From positions 1-49,272 of the forward strand of contig JAWBQF010000019.1 in the NCBI GenBank assembly GCA_038845975.1: DNA of 49,272 nt, given 5' to 3'. A program made the translations under genes and the position numbers. The stretch comes from Candidatus Methanomethylicia archaeon (GTDB lineage Archaea; Thermoproteota; Methanomethylicia; CALHIW01). Below are positions 1 to 10,110 of this stretch, in pieces; position 1 is the first letter of the stretch, and each line of letters opens with the position of its first letter. The notes below the pieces were generated by a model, which was not told where the DNA came from, made no database searches, and saw only the letters and a program-made list of their open reading frames with translations.

Positions 1-236
1 GTTAAGAATCTAATGGAGAGAATAATACAATACATTAAGGATAGAACTAAGCTATTCGATAACTACATACCGTGCATGAAGGATAAATGCGATAATGAGC
101 ATGCATTAATGCTTATAAAATCAATAATATACATACTAAACAAACATGGATTAACAGGAAAATAAAAGCTAAGGAATTCATAGAAAACACAATACCAAAA
201 ATAGAGGTAATAAAACATGCTTAAGTTAACAAAGCC
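1..236 (+). mobile_element. IS6-family element, right-end fragment (cut by window start)
   Basis: Near-identical to about 27522-27753. Ends in ...TTAAGTTAACAAAGCC, the right TIR. Encodes the transposase C-terminus (NLMERIIQYIKDRT). Confidence 0.85.
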
Positions 237-272
237 GATTCAATAAACCAAAAATTAATTAAGCCACAAAGC
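237..272. mobile_element. Right terminus of an element of the GCTTTGTGGCTTAAT-TIR family, apparently interrupted by the IS6 copy
   Basis: AATTAAGCCACAAAGC at 257-272 is identical to the right end of the MITE at 9909-10037. Confidence 0.6.
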
Positions 273-534
273 TAAAATTTTCGGTGAGGATATCGTGGAG
301 CGCTCTAGGAAAAATATCATAAATATAATTGTAAAACACTTTATAGAAAGTAAAGCAAGGGATCCAGAGAACATGATAGATTATTTCTTACTTAAAAATC
401 ACGCTATAAATTACATAATCTTAGGCTCAGTACTTACAAGACCCTATGTCGAAGATGTAGAATTAACATTTGATGATAGACTAATAGATCTTTATTTAAA
501 AACTCATCCAGCCCTAAGACTAAAGGGAATAGCT

Positions 535-750
535 GGTTCTGTCCGGATAAGCATGTAAGATGAAGGCTGTCTTAATATTTCCCTCTATCTTAGGAGGTCG
601 TAGTAGTATTTGAAATCAGCTAGAGCTTAACCTAAGCTCAATAGGCTTCCTACTCCTCCTAAATATTTCAATCTCCTAACCAAATCTAATAATTAAGCTA
701 ATATATCCATAATATCAATTTACCAGCTCATTTCTTATCCGGACAGAACC
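535..750. mobile_element. 216-bp MITE, IS6-type ends
   Basis: Perfect 17-bp TIR GGTTCTGTCCGGATAAG (535-551 / 734-750). 8-bp TSD GAATAGCT (527-534 / 751-758). No internal ORF. GGTTCTGT ends with an 8-bp TSD are typical of IS6. Confidence 0.9.
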
Positions 751-972
751 GAATAGCTTATGCGAAAGCATTAAAATTGCTAAATAGGAATTTAGTAAAA
801 ATACTGTTAATTCATACGTTAACAAATCCTTTATCACCATTTCGTAAACATGGAGGATTATTAGTAAAAGCTTACACTAAGATGTCATGGATATTATTAT
901 GTAAAAGTAAGGGTAAAATAGATATGAGAAACATAATTCCATTAGCATATATAGATCCAGAAAATTTTCTAA

Positions 973-1824
973 GAACTTATCTCAAAACTCTCTAATATAT
1001 CATGATATATGCTATTTGTATGAAGCCTAGGAAGGTTAATGCGGGTCTTTCCCATCTGAGGGCGAGTCTTCTGAAGCCTCCTGTTAGCCAGGCGAAGAAC
1101 CTCTCTACGCTGCTTCTCATATGCTTGTAGGCTTCTCTGTTGAGCCTGTACGGTCTTCCAGGTTTGGGTTTACATCTATTCCTAGGGTTAACATCTATGT
1201 TCGCCCTTATGCTCCTATGCTTAAGGTAAGTCCTTATCTCCTTCGCGTCGTATGCTGAGTCGCCTACAACCTCTTTAGGCCTGCTTATGGGCTTACCTAC
1301 ACCACGCTTAATCCTTAAATCCTCCAGGAGCGGTATGAAGCGGTTAGAATCATGCTCATTACCTAGACCTATTTGAACGCCTAATGGTAGGGCTTCACGT
1401 GATACAACAGCATGTATCTTTGTACCCTTAACGTGCTTATATCCGTCATAGCTAACTAGCTTCCCCTTTCCTAGCCTTAATGGTGATACTATCCACAGCT
1501 ACCTCTTCTAAGCCTGCCCATAGCATACCCCTTGGAAGCTAAGGTCTTAAGGATACTGGCCCATACATCCTCCCTACTCCATTCCTTAAGCCTCCTCCAA
1601 CAAGTCTTATACGAGCCGTACCTTCTAGGCATATCCATCCACCTACAACCGTAATGAGCACGTACAACATGCCGTTTACGGTCCTCCTATCATCAGCCCT
1701 AGGCCTACCGGTTCTAGCCCTTGGAGGAAGTAAAGGCTCTACGAACTTCCACTCCTCATCACTTAACTCCCTAAACCTCATAGCAGAACCTATAAGCAAG
1801 CTTAAATAGTTTTGAGACGAGTTC
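973..1824 (-). mobile_element. IS5-family insertion sequence (IS427/IS1031-like), 852 bp
   Basis: TIRs GAACTTATCTCAAAACT / GAACTCGTCTCAAAACT and 3-bp TSD TAA (970-972, 1825-1827). Visibly more GC-rich than the flanks. Confidence 0.9.
993..1781 (-). pseudogene. IS5-family transposase, frameshifted
   Basis: N-terminus MRFRELSDEEWKFVEPLLP..GRPR. After a 1-nt shift near 1650 it reads GCRWMDMPRRYGSYKTCWRR. Further shifts give VAVDS, GTKIHAVV, VGDSAYD and RSSVERFFAWL (DDE motifs). Confidence 0.85.
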
Positions 1825-2119
1825 TAAGAAAAATAATATGGAAGAGTTCTATAAAACAGAATAAGCTAAGAGATGATGTAGCTGAGTTTAATTTAGGAAA
1901 ATATACTCATTGTAGATTACCAAAAACAATGCTCATGATTTTGAAGAAATATTTAAACTTTGATCAAAATATAACTTTTAGGGAAGCTTATATTTCCTTT
2001 TCATTGTTAAAGCTATATGAAAACTTCAATATATCAAAACTTATTTCTAGTGCACTTTAGCCTTATGCTCATGGAGTTTCCTAGTTTTTGCTTGATTTTT
2101 CATATACTGCATACTGATT

Positions 2120-2262
2120 AGCCGAACCCTTTAATGGTTTCATAATTTTATTAACAAAAATCTCGTGGTTAGGCATTCCTTATTGTAAACACTTGAGAGC
2201 CAAGACAAATTTCCTCCTTAACGTCGACAACAGCATAGATATAAACCTTTTACCATTTGATT
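2120..2262 (-). pseudogene. IS6-family transposase internal fragment
   Basis: Minus strand gives NGK/VYIYAVVDV...VFTIRNA across a frameshift, matching the IS6 DDE core. Boundaries are approximate. Confidence 0.5.
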
Positions 2263-2263
2263 T

Positions 2264-2640
2264 GATACTGTTACGTTTAGATTTTTGAGAGGGCTTTGAG
2301 AAGTTATTCTTTGGAGGTGATCTTAATAGATAATCTTCTCAAAGCCCTAAGAGATAAAGGAGTTTTCAGGCGTAATAAGGTTTCGCTTAAAAAGAAGGAT
2401 ACTGTTACGTTTAAGTTTTTGAGGTAGGCTTTGCCATCTTTTGGAGGTAATTTTCATCGATAGACTCCTCAAAGCCCTTAGGTCTTTCAGGTGTAGTAAG
2501 GTTGCGCTCCGAAAGAAGTTGAATGCATCTTATACATGGTTAGACTCAGCTACAGGAACATACGTCTGTCGGGTCATGATGCAAGCCATGTATCCATATA
2601 GCGTTGGGGTAAAGAGGCTTGAAGGCTTAAGGAGTAGAAA
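2264..2640 (+). mobile_element. Two tandem, truncated IS6-family left ends
   Basis: GATACTGTTACGTTTA at 2264 and 2398. Each is followed by GGAGGT and a transposase-like N-terminus (LLKALR..F R.NKVSLKKK; LY....SYRNI in a shifted frame). Confidence 0.65.
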
Positions 2641-2784
2641 AAGTTTAATTAACTTTACTTCTTGTCATAAGCTTTTAAATTACAGCTTAAACCTTATAGA
2701 TTTAAATAGTTTTAGATAAGTTCCTTAATGGAGTTCTAAACAGTCTTCATGGCTTCATTAATCATTCTAACAATAAAGAAAGTG

Positions 2785-3660
2785 CTAAACTGGGTTTCTG
2801 GATAATTGTAAATATTTCTTCCAGCCTATATATCCTTGGAACTTACCTATTTCTACACCTAAAGCGTAAGGGATTATCAGTGGAGTACCTGTATTAATTG
2901 ATGCCAGCACTGCTTTTACCATATTTCTAATCACTGATTTATAGATTATTTTATTATTGAGAAATCCTATAGCTCTACCTCCAGCAGCATTCCATCTGGA
3001 CTTCTTAAATGCGCTAATTATTGATCGGGAAGTATAATGTTTTACAGTTAAATTAAGCAGCATTCTCCATTTATATCCTTGAGAAACTACGTGTCTAAGT
3101 AGGTGGTGATCTTCATAGCTTGTAAGCCATAAAGGTGGATTCCAGCTTTTCAGCAGTTTTGTCATTAAAAACGTGTTGGTAGTATATCCTCTTATATTGA
3201 GGTTTTTCAATGTTAAATCAACAATTCCACCTGGATATAATTTACGTATTCTTCTTAAATTCCAGTAAGAATATTTATAGATATGATCTAAATTTATGTC
3301 TATGTGTATTCCATGAATTGCTCCTACATTACCTTCTATCATGTTTGCAATTCTATTAAACCATCCATGGCAAAGTTCAATATCATCATCTATAAAGCAG
3401 AACCATTCAGTATCAACATGCATTATAGCATTCTTTCTTGCTCTACCAAGATTAAGCTTACTCTTTACCACTATGGCTTCAGGAAAAATCTTTCTTATAG
3501 CTTCAACGGTTCCATCACTACTAAACCGATCTACGACTATAAAATGGCAAATAGGGATTTCATTCTTTATAGAATTTAAACATCTTCTAAACCATGGCTT
3601 ATTACTATTCCATGTACACATCACCACATCAACTTTACTAAGCCTACTGTTATTCAACAT
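2785..3660 (-). CDS. Glycosyltransferase family 2
   Basis: VDVVMCTWNS, VVDRFSSDGT, FIDDD (DxD) and ED motif. Confidence 0.9.
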   Translation of the reverse strand: MLNNSRLSKVDVVMCTWNSNKPWFRRCLNSIKNEIPICHFIVVDRFSSDGTVEAIRKIFPEAIVVKSKLNLGRARKNAIMHVDTEWFCFIDDDIELCHGWFNRIANMIEGNVGAIHGIHIDINLDHIYKYSYWNLRRIRKLYPGGIVDLTLKNLNIRGYTTNTFLMTKLLKSWNPPLWLTSYEDHHLLRHVVSQGYKWRMLLNLTVKHYTSRSIISAFKKSRWNAAGGRAIGFLNNKIIYKSVIRNMVKAVLASINTGTPLIIPYALGVEIGKFQGYIGWKKYLQLSRNPV

Positions 3661-3755
3661 TTACTCACTAAAATATCAACCTACTCATATAACTTAAGCT
3701 TTTCTGAAGTGAAAAATTAAACAATATAGAGGCTCCAACATGAAGACTAGCTAAT

Positions 3756-3845
3756 GAATTTGTCTGAAAACTCCATAGTTAATTAGTAGTTAACAAATTA
3801 ACCTATTAAGTCTTAGCAACATTTAAAGAGTTTTCAGACGAATTC
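3756..3845. mobile_element. 90-bp MITE with IS5-like ends
   Basis: TIRs GAATTTGTCTGAAAACTC / GAATTCGTCTGAAAACTC (17/18 match). 3-bp TSD AAT (3753-3755, 3846-3848). TIR resembles that of the IS5 at 973-1824. Confidence 0.8.
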
Positions 3846-4141
3846 AATGTTAACATCTAATATGTCTCCTGTATTTTGCTTAACCTAAACATTAAAAGCC
3901 TAATCAATAAATTCCATCTTAAGTTTTCAAGCATATTATTATGCTAGTCATATGATGTCTAGTGAAATGTTCATCTTAGCTTCGCTTTATTCATACCGTA
4001 AAGAAATCTTACCTATTGCAATAAATAGTGATTTAGAAGAGACGTTTAAGTATATTTTAATTTCTTCTTATAGATGCTATTTAACCTAGAGTTTAAAGTT
4101 ATAAAGCTAAAAGTGAAAATTTATAAGTTTAGATCTGTTTT

Positions 4142-5296
4142 ATGATTATGATTGTTCTTGAGTTTTATGCTAATTTTTTACCTAAAATTGGTGGTGTTCA
4201 AATTCATATAAGGGATCTATGTAAATGTCTACAGGGAAGAGGACATAAAGTATATGTATTAACGTTTCTTATGCGAGGTTTAAAGTTTAAATTTATTGAT
4301 GGTATACCAGTTTATAATATATTGATCCCTCATATTTTGTATAGGCTTCGTTATCCCTTCGTATTACTTTATGGGTTACTCCTATACTTCTTAATTAAAT
4401 GGTTAAAGATTGATGTTGTTCATGCTCATGATTATTTACCTGGATTAACTGCTGCTTTTGCTGGAATGCTTAGTGGTAAACGTGTTTTTATTACATTTCA
4501 TCTTCCTATTCAGTATACATCTGGGAAACCTTTACCTGGAACTAAGCATATTGAGGCAATTATTAGATCCTTTTTGCTACGATATGTAAGTAAGATAATA
4601 TGTGTTTGTAAATATACATTTAATGAGGCTTTAAAAATGGGTATACCTACCTATAAAATGATGGTAATATATAATTGGGTACCCTTAAATGTACTGGAAT
4701 TAGCGAAAAAGATGAATTTTAAACCTAGTTTTAGCGATATTGCTGAAACTGTAGGTAATGAGAGAATTATAGTCTCTGTTGGTGCGCTTGAAAGGAGGAA
4801 GGGATTTGATATTTTAATTAAAGTAATAAAGCTTCTACGTGATGAAGGATTAAACGTAACTCTCTTCATCATTGGTGAAGGAAAGGAAAGAGAGAATCTT
4901 ATTAAGATGGCTGAAAGATATTTGGTTAAAGATAAGGTATTATTTTTAGGAAAGGTTTCTGATGAGGAGAAGATTAAAAGGATTTTAATGGCTGATATTT
5001 TTGTTATTTCCTCGAAAGTTGAGGGTTTACCTCTGACGTTGCTGGAGGCTATGGTTTTAGGTAAAGCTATCATTGCGCCTAGCGCAGGCGGTATACCTGA
5101 GGTCATTAAGAATGGGTATAATGGCATTCTCATAAATATTAGAGATAGTTTGATTGTAAAATCACTAAAAACATTGATTCATAATGAGGAGTTACGTAGG
5201 AGACTTGGGATTAATGCTTACCATACGGTTTACGAGGATTTCGCATATGAAAATTGTATTAAAACTGTAAAAACACTTGAAGAATTAGTAGAATAA
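4142..5296 (+). CDS. Glycosyltransferase family 4
   Basis: PKIGGVQIH, DVVHAH, RKGFD and EGLPLTLLEAM (EX7E). Confidence 0.92.
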   Translation: MIMIVLEFYANFLPKIGGVQIHIRDLCKCLQGRGHKVYVLTFLMRGLKFKFIDGIPVYNILIPHILYRLRYPFVLLYGLLLYFLIKWLKIDVVHAHDYLPGLTAAFAGMLSGKRVFITFHLPIQYTSGKPLPGTKHIEAIIRSFLLRYVSKIICVCKYTFNEALKMGIPTYKMMVIYNWVPLNVLELAKKMNFKPSFSDIAETVGNERIIVSVGALERRKGFDILIKVIKLLRDEGLNVTLFIIGEGKERENLIKMAERYLVKDKVLFLGKVSDEEKIKRILMADIFVISSKVEGLPLTLLEAMVLGKAIIAPSAGGIPEVIKNGYNGILINIRDSLIVKSLKTLIHNEELRRRLGINAYHTVYEDFAYENCIKTVKTLEELVE

Positions 5297-5317
5297 AACT
5301 TTGATCTACTTTTCACT

Positions 5318-6340
5318 ATGACTAATATAGTTTATATTATTGATTCGTTATCTTCATTTAAACTGTACGATTATAGGATACTTAAGGAGATGGGATTTAA
5401 AATAAAGATTATAGAGGCGCAGTCGCTTACTAAGTTAGTAAGTAAAGGTTTTATTAATGGGTTTAGGGGAGGACTTTTTTATGCATGGTATGCTACCTCG
5501 CCTGGTTTTGTAACAGTAATTCTAAGTAAATTTTTCCGGAAACCAAGTATTATAAATGTTGCAGGATTTGAAGTTTGTAAACAGGAAGATATTAAATATG
5601 GTCTAAGAATAACCAATCCTGAAAAAGTTAAATATGTAAGGTATACTTTACGGAATGCTACAAGGGTTATTGCTATTTCTCGGCATGTAGCTGAAATGAT
5701 TAATGAAGTTGAGCCTAAATCAAATATTGAAATTATATATAATAGTGTTGATACCTCTAAGTTTTCCCCTTCACAAATCTTAACTAAGGAAAAGCTGCTT
5801 GTAAGCATTGGATTTCTATCTAAGGGAAATATTATTAAAAAGGGTTTCCATACTCTACTTAATGCTATGCCAACCATTTTAAAACATGATAGAAATATTA
5901 AGTTAATAATTATTGGAAAGAAGGGTGAAGGTTATCCGGTACTACTTGAAATGACGAAAAAATTAGGAATTGAGAATAATGTTATCTTCACAGGATTCGT
6001 TGATGAAGAGATGTTAATATCTCTTCTAAGAAAGGCAATGATATATGTACATCCAGCTGGTCATGAAAGCTTCGGTATTTCCATAGCTGAGGCTATGAGT
6101 TGTGGTTTACCAGTTATAACAACTAGAAGGGGAGCTATACCAGAAGTGGTTGGTGATGCTGGGCTATATGTCCCATTCAATGATGAAAACTCATTAGCTG
6201 AAAACATTTTAACACTATTAAACAATGAAGAGCTTAGAAGAGAATTATCTATGAAAGCTAGGGAGAGAGTTGTTAAAATGTTCGATGTAAGAATTAGAGC
6301 TAGAAGATTAAAGGAGTTAATCAATAAGATTACAGCTTAA
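5318..6340 (+). CDS. Glycosyltransferase family 4
   Basis: IYNSVD, KKG, ESFGISIAEAMSCGLPV and GAIPEVVG. Confidence 0.92.
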   Translation: MTNIVYIIDSLSSFKLYDYRILKEMGFKIKIIEAQSLTKLVSKGFINGFRGGLFYAWYATSPGFVTVILSKFFRKPSIINVAGFEVCKQEDIKYGLRITNPEKVKYVRYTLRNATRVIAISRHVAEMINEVEPKSNIEIIYNSVDTSKFSPSQILTKEKLLVSIGFLSKGNIIKKGFHTLLNAMPTILKHDRNIKLIIIGKKGEGYPVLLEMTKKLGIENNVIFTGFVDEEMLISLLRKAMIYVHPAGHESFGISIAEAMSCGLPVITTRRGAIPEVVGDAGLYVPFNDENSLAENILTLLNNEELRRELSMKARERVVKMFDVRIRARRLKELINKITA

Positions 6341-7428
6341 AGATTTTCTTTAACTATATTAACCACTCTTTCATAGGCTTTTCCATCACCAAATGGTGAG
6401 GAATATGGAAGTTTTGGTGGTTCATTAAGTACTTTTCTCATCTCTACTAATACTACAATAGGATTTGTTCCTACTACTTTAGCGAATCCAGCTTCTACAG
6501 CTTCAGGTCTTTCAGTGGATGTTCTTAGAATCAATACTGGTTTACGTATATATGGATGTGTTGCTTCTTCCTGTAAACCCCCTGAATCAGTAAGTATTAT
6601 TGATGCATTCCTCATTAATGCTAAGAACTTAAAGTATCCTTGGGGTGACATTAGCTGAACATTATTTAGGTTTCTAACTATATCTAGCATACCATACTCT
6701 TCAAGTCTATTTTGAGTCCTAGGATGTATTGGAAAAACAATAGGTATAGGGGATTCTCGTAATATTTTAGTAAGGTCTTTAAGCACCTCTGGATTATCAA
6801 CATTTTCAGCTCTGTGAAAAGTTACTAGAGCATAATTCTCAAACTTTATCTGTTCTAGTACTTCATCCTCTACTTCTTTAATCTTATTTACATATATGTT
6901 TATTGCATCTATTACTGTATTTCCAGTAACAAATATTTCTCCGAACACTTTTTCATTCTGAAGATTTCGTTTTGCGAGTTCTGTAGGTGCGAAAAGATAA
7001 TCTGAAATGTGATCAATCATTCTTCTATTATGTTCTTCAGGCATTCTCCAATCATGACTTCTTAATCCAGCTTCAACATGTCCTATTCTTACATTTAGTC
7101 TAATAGAGGTCAGTCCGGCTGCAAGCATACTATTTGTATCTCCTTGAATAAGTGAAATTTTAGGTTGACTTCTTAATGATGAAAGAGCTTTTTCAAGCTT
7201 AATCATCATTTCCCCTATTTGTGAGGCTGGCTTCCTACTTTCAAGCTGAAAACTGAAATTAGGTTCTGGTAATTCAAGCTCGTTTATAAATAGTCTACTT
7301 AAATTATAATCATAATGCTGCCCAGTATGAATAAATATGAAATCAATATTTCTACTTTCAAGCTCTTTAATCACTGGAGCCATCTTGATAACTTCCGGTC
7401 TTGTTCCAACAATAACTGCAACGCTCAT
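6337..7428 (-). CDS. wecB: UDP-N-acetylglucosamine 2-epimerase (non-hydrolysing)
   Basis: GTRPEVIKMAP, HTGQHYD, HVEAGLRS, MPEEHNR, TDSGGLQEEA and TERPEAVEAG. Confidence 0.95.
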   Translation of the reverse strand: MSVAVIVGTRPEVIKMAPVIKELESRNIDFIFIHTGQHYDYNLSRLFINELELPEPNFSFQLESRKPASQIGEMMIKLEKALSSLRSQPKISLIQGDTNSMLAAGLTSIRLNVRIGHVEAGLRSHDWRMPEEHNRRMIDHISDYLFAPTELAKRNLQNEKVFGEIFVTGNTVIDAINIYVNKIKEVEDEVLEQIKFENYALVTFHRAENVDNPEVLKDLTKILRESPIPIVFPIHPRTQNRLEEYGMLDIVRNLNNVQLMSPQGYFKFLALMRNASIILTDSGGLQEEATHPYIRKPVLILRTSTERPEAVEAGFAKVVGTNPIVVLVEMRKVLNEPPKLPYSSPFGDGKAYERVVNIVKENL

Positions 7429-8726
7429 AAAATCTTTCCGAATCCTACTCCATAATATTTGAATCCATGCTTAATGACAATATATGGATCTAATATTCTC
7501 CTACCATCAACTATTATTGGATTTCTCATTAGCGAGTATATTTTAGCTAGATTTAACTCTTTAAACTCCGGATGATCAGTAACTATAACTAATACGTCGG
7601 AGCCTTTTACTGCATCCTCAATACTTAATGCTTTCGCAGCATTAAACGTTTCCTCAGTATATGGATCAAAAACTACAACATTAATTCCTCTTTCAGTAAT
7701 CATATCTATTATTGTTTTCGCAGGGGAGCTTCTTATATCATCTACACCTCCCTTATATGCAACACCCAAAATCGCAACTTTAGCTTTATCAAGCTTTAAG
7801 CCGCTTTTTTCTAGTAATTCAATAATGATTTTCACGATATGTGTAGGCATGTAATCATTTAGGGATCTGGCTAAAGCTATCATTTCGGAGCCGGGAATGT
7901 TCCTGCAAATCTCGTAGAGAACATATGGATCCTTAGTAAGACATGGACCACCTACACCAGCGCCGGGCTTATGGATGAATACTCTACTATGTGTATTTGC
8001 CAAGCGAATAGCTTCATCAACATCTACACCTATTTTTTCAGATATTAATGCTAAAAGATTAGCATACGCAATATTTAAGTCTCTAAATGTATTCTCAATA
8101 AGCTTAACAAATTCAGCTGTAGTAGCATCTGTTACTATTAGATTTGGATTAACTCTACTATATAATTTAAAGGCTTCTTCAGAGGACTTAGAACCTGCTC
8201 CACCTATAATTCTAGGCATAGTTAAAAGCTCATTAATAGCATTTCCAGGACTTAATCTCTCAGGAACATATGCAAGATAGATGTCCTCCTCTATTTTTAA
8301 TCCAGATTCTTCAAGAAATGGCTTAACAAATTTATTTATAGTACCGACAGGTATTGTAGATTCAATAACAATAAGCTTTCCTCTACTTAGCTCTAATCTT
8401 ATTTTCTCTAGGGCGTTCTTAAGAAAACTAAAATCAACACTATGGTCTTTCAAAGGAGTTTGAACTGTAACTATGATAGCATCGCACTCTTTAATAATAT
8501 TATAATCAGATGTAACTTTAAATAAGTTACTACAAATAACATTCTTTAAGAGTGAAGTAAGCCCAGGCTCTCTAATATAGCACTCACATTTATTAATCAT
8601 TTCAATTTTTTCCTTATCAGTGTCAATACCTACTACTTGAAGACCCTTACTGGCAAAAACTACAGCTACTGGAAGACCTACATGTCCTAAACCTATTACA
8701 GCCACTTTGGAATACTTCGTAGCCAT
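7425..8726 (-). CDS. wecC: UDP-N-acetyl-mannosamine/glucosamine dehydrogenase (WecC/WbpA family)
   Basis: GLGHVG, IESTIPVGT, PERLSPG, KLIENTFRDLNIA and GVGGPCLTKDP. Overlaps wecB by 4 nt. Confidence 0.85.
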   Translation of the reverse strand: MATKYSKVAVIGLGHVGLPVAVVFASKGLQVVGIDTDKEKIEMINKCECYIREPGLTSLLKNVICSNLFKVTSDYNIIKECDAIIVTVQTPLKDHSVDFSFLKNALEKIRLELSRGKLIVIESTIPVGTINKFVKPFLEESGLKIEEDIYLAYVPERLSPGNAINELLTMPRIIGGAGSKSSEEAFKLYSRVNPNLIVTDATTAEFVKLIENTFRDLNIAYANLLALISEKIGVDVDEAIRLANTHSRVFIHKPGAGVGGPCLTKDPYVLYEICRNIPGSEMIALARSLNDYMPTHIVKIIIELLEKSGLKLDKAKVAILGVAYKGGVDDIRSSPAKTIIDMITERGINVVVFDPYTEETFNAAKALSIEDAVKGSDVLVIVTDHPEFKELNLAKIYSLMRNPIIVDGRRILDPYIVIKHGFKYYGVGFGKIL

Positions 8727-8773
8727 AAATTTTGTTCTGTTAAGCTTATATATATTTTTGCTTATAGGAATGC

Positions 8774-9832
8774 GTGAAGGTAACTCTTATAGGAGCTAAT
8801 CCTCGGAGAATGACTAGGTTAAAGCTTATAGCTAAATCTCTAGTAAAGCATGGATTTGATGTTAATGTCTTTATACCTAAAGTTAATGTAAGGTTTAAAC
8901 CGGTAGCCGCATCAGCATTTCTGAGATATTCAGCATTTATTATTCAGGAGTTATCTGTGAGTTCAAGTATAATTCACTTCTTCAATATCCCGGACATATA
9001 TGGGTTAGTACCGCTCTTAAAGAAGAGTTTTGGAAAAACTAAACTAATCTACGATGTTAGAAGTCCTTGGGGTGATGAATTAATAGAGTTTGGCTATAAA
9101 TCATTACATGGTTTAGCTGAAAGCATAGAAAGAATGCTGACAGTTAAGGCTTCACTGGTTACTACAGTTAATAGCATACTTGCTGAGAGGGCTAAGAAAT
9201 GGGGGGCCAGAAAAGTATATATTATCCCTAACTATCCAAGTATAGATTTTAAGCCCTCAGTTAACCCTTTAGAGTTTAAACGTAAACTGGGTTTGGAAGG
9301 TAGAGTATTGCTTTTTGTTGGTTCATTTACAAATATTGAATGTGCTTTAGACGTTGTATTCATTTTTTATAGAGTTCATAAAAGGATGCCTGATGTTAAA
9401 TTGGTGATGGTTGGAGATGGAGATTTAATGCCTGAAATTAGGAGGAATATTTTAAAGCTAGGGATAAAAGATAAAGTAATACTAACAGGATGGATTCCTC
9501 ATAAAGATGTTGCAAACTGGATTTCTATAGCTGACCTCTGCCTCCTACCTAGAAAGGAGGGAGGAGAAGCATCAAGATTTTTCGCTCCTGAATCTATATT
9601 GAAAGTTAATGAATACTTAGCCTTAGGTAAACCTGTGGTTGTTACTCCTGTTGGAGGCTTTAAGAATGCGCCATCACCACCATTCATTATAGCTCCATTT
9701 AATAGACTTAGTGATGCTATAATTAAAGCTTTAGAGGAACCTATTAGAGTTGAGGACCAATTAAGATATACATGGAATACGTCGGAAGAAATACTTATCA
9801 AGGCATATAATGAGTTACTTGAAGAAAGTTAA
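8774..9832 (+). CDS. Glycosyltransferase family 4-like
   Basis: IPNYP, FVGSF, MVGDG and KVNEYLALGKPVV. Confidence 0.88.
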   Translation: MKVTLIGANPRRMTRLKLIAKSLVKHGFDVNVFIPKVNVRFKPVAASAFLRYSAFIIQELSVSSSIIHFFNIPDIYGLVPLLKKSFGKTKLIYDVRSPWGDELIEFGYKSLHGLAESIERMLTVKASLVTTVNSILAERAKKWGARKVYIIPNYPSIDFKPSVNPLEFKRKLGLEGRVLLFVGSFTNIECALDVVFIFYRVHKRMPDVKLVMVGDGDLMPEIRRNILKLGIKDKVILTGWIPHKDVANWISIADLCLLPRKEGGEASRFFAPESILKVNEYLALGKPVVVTPVGGFKNAPSPPFIIAPFNRLSDAIIKALEEPIRVEDQLRYTWNTSEEILIKAYNELLEES

Positions 9833-9908
9833 TACATGTAGTATACAAATCTGATAGCTGATTTAAACATAATTATAATAAGCATTTTAATGAAAAATTA
9901 TTATTTAA

Positions 9909-10037
9909 GCTTTGTGGCTTAATATTCATTTCTCGTAATCTATATCATTAAATACTATGGTTATAGGAATGTTTATTAAGCTTTTCGTAATTTATGTAAA
10001 CTTGAATTTGCAAAATTTCGGAATTAAGCCACAAAGC
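9909..10037. mobile_element. 129-bp MITE
   Basis: Perfect 15-bp TIR GCTTTGTGGCTTAAT. 9-bp TSD ATTATTTAA (9900-9908 / 10038-10046). Confidence 0.88.
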
Positions 10038-10110
10038 ATTATTTAACTAAAATAAGTTTCAATATGGCTGGTATATGGATTAGCTTAACATAACATAGGT
10101 AAATTGATGA

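Larger units (their letters stand above)
273..2060 (+). pseudogene. Disrupted gene, asparagine-synthase-like C-terminal region (5' part missing from window)
   Basis: Removing the MITE (535-750) and IS5 (973-1824), each with one TSD copy, joins ORFs 295-558, 777-995 and 1812-2060 in one frame: ...LTFDDRLIDLYLKTHPALRLKGIA|YAKALKLLNRNLVKI...PENFL|RKIIWK... This resembles the AsnB-type PFLD..L....P...R motif. The family call is inference. Confidence 0.6.

Noticed and set aside
2264-2520. Tandem ~134-bp repeat as CRISPR or a structured RNA array
   Set aside because: There are only two diverged units, explained as IS6 left ends. No repeat-spacer array was seen anywhere in the window.
2441-2719. 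92-aa ORF as an independent gene
   Set aside because: It is an IS6 transposase N-terminal remnant that runs out of frame.
2730-2746. GAGTTCTAAACAGTCT, resembling an IS5-type end
   Set aside because: No partner end or TSD was found.
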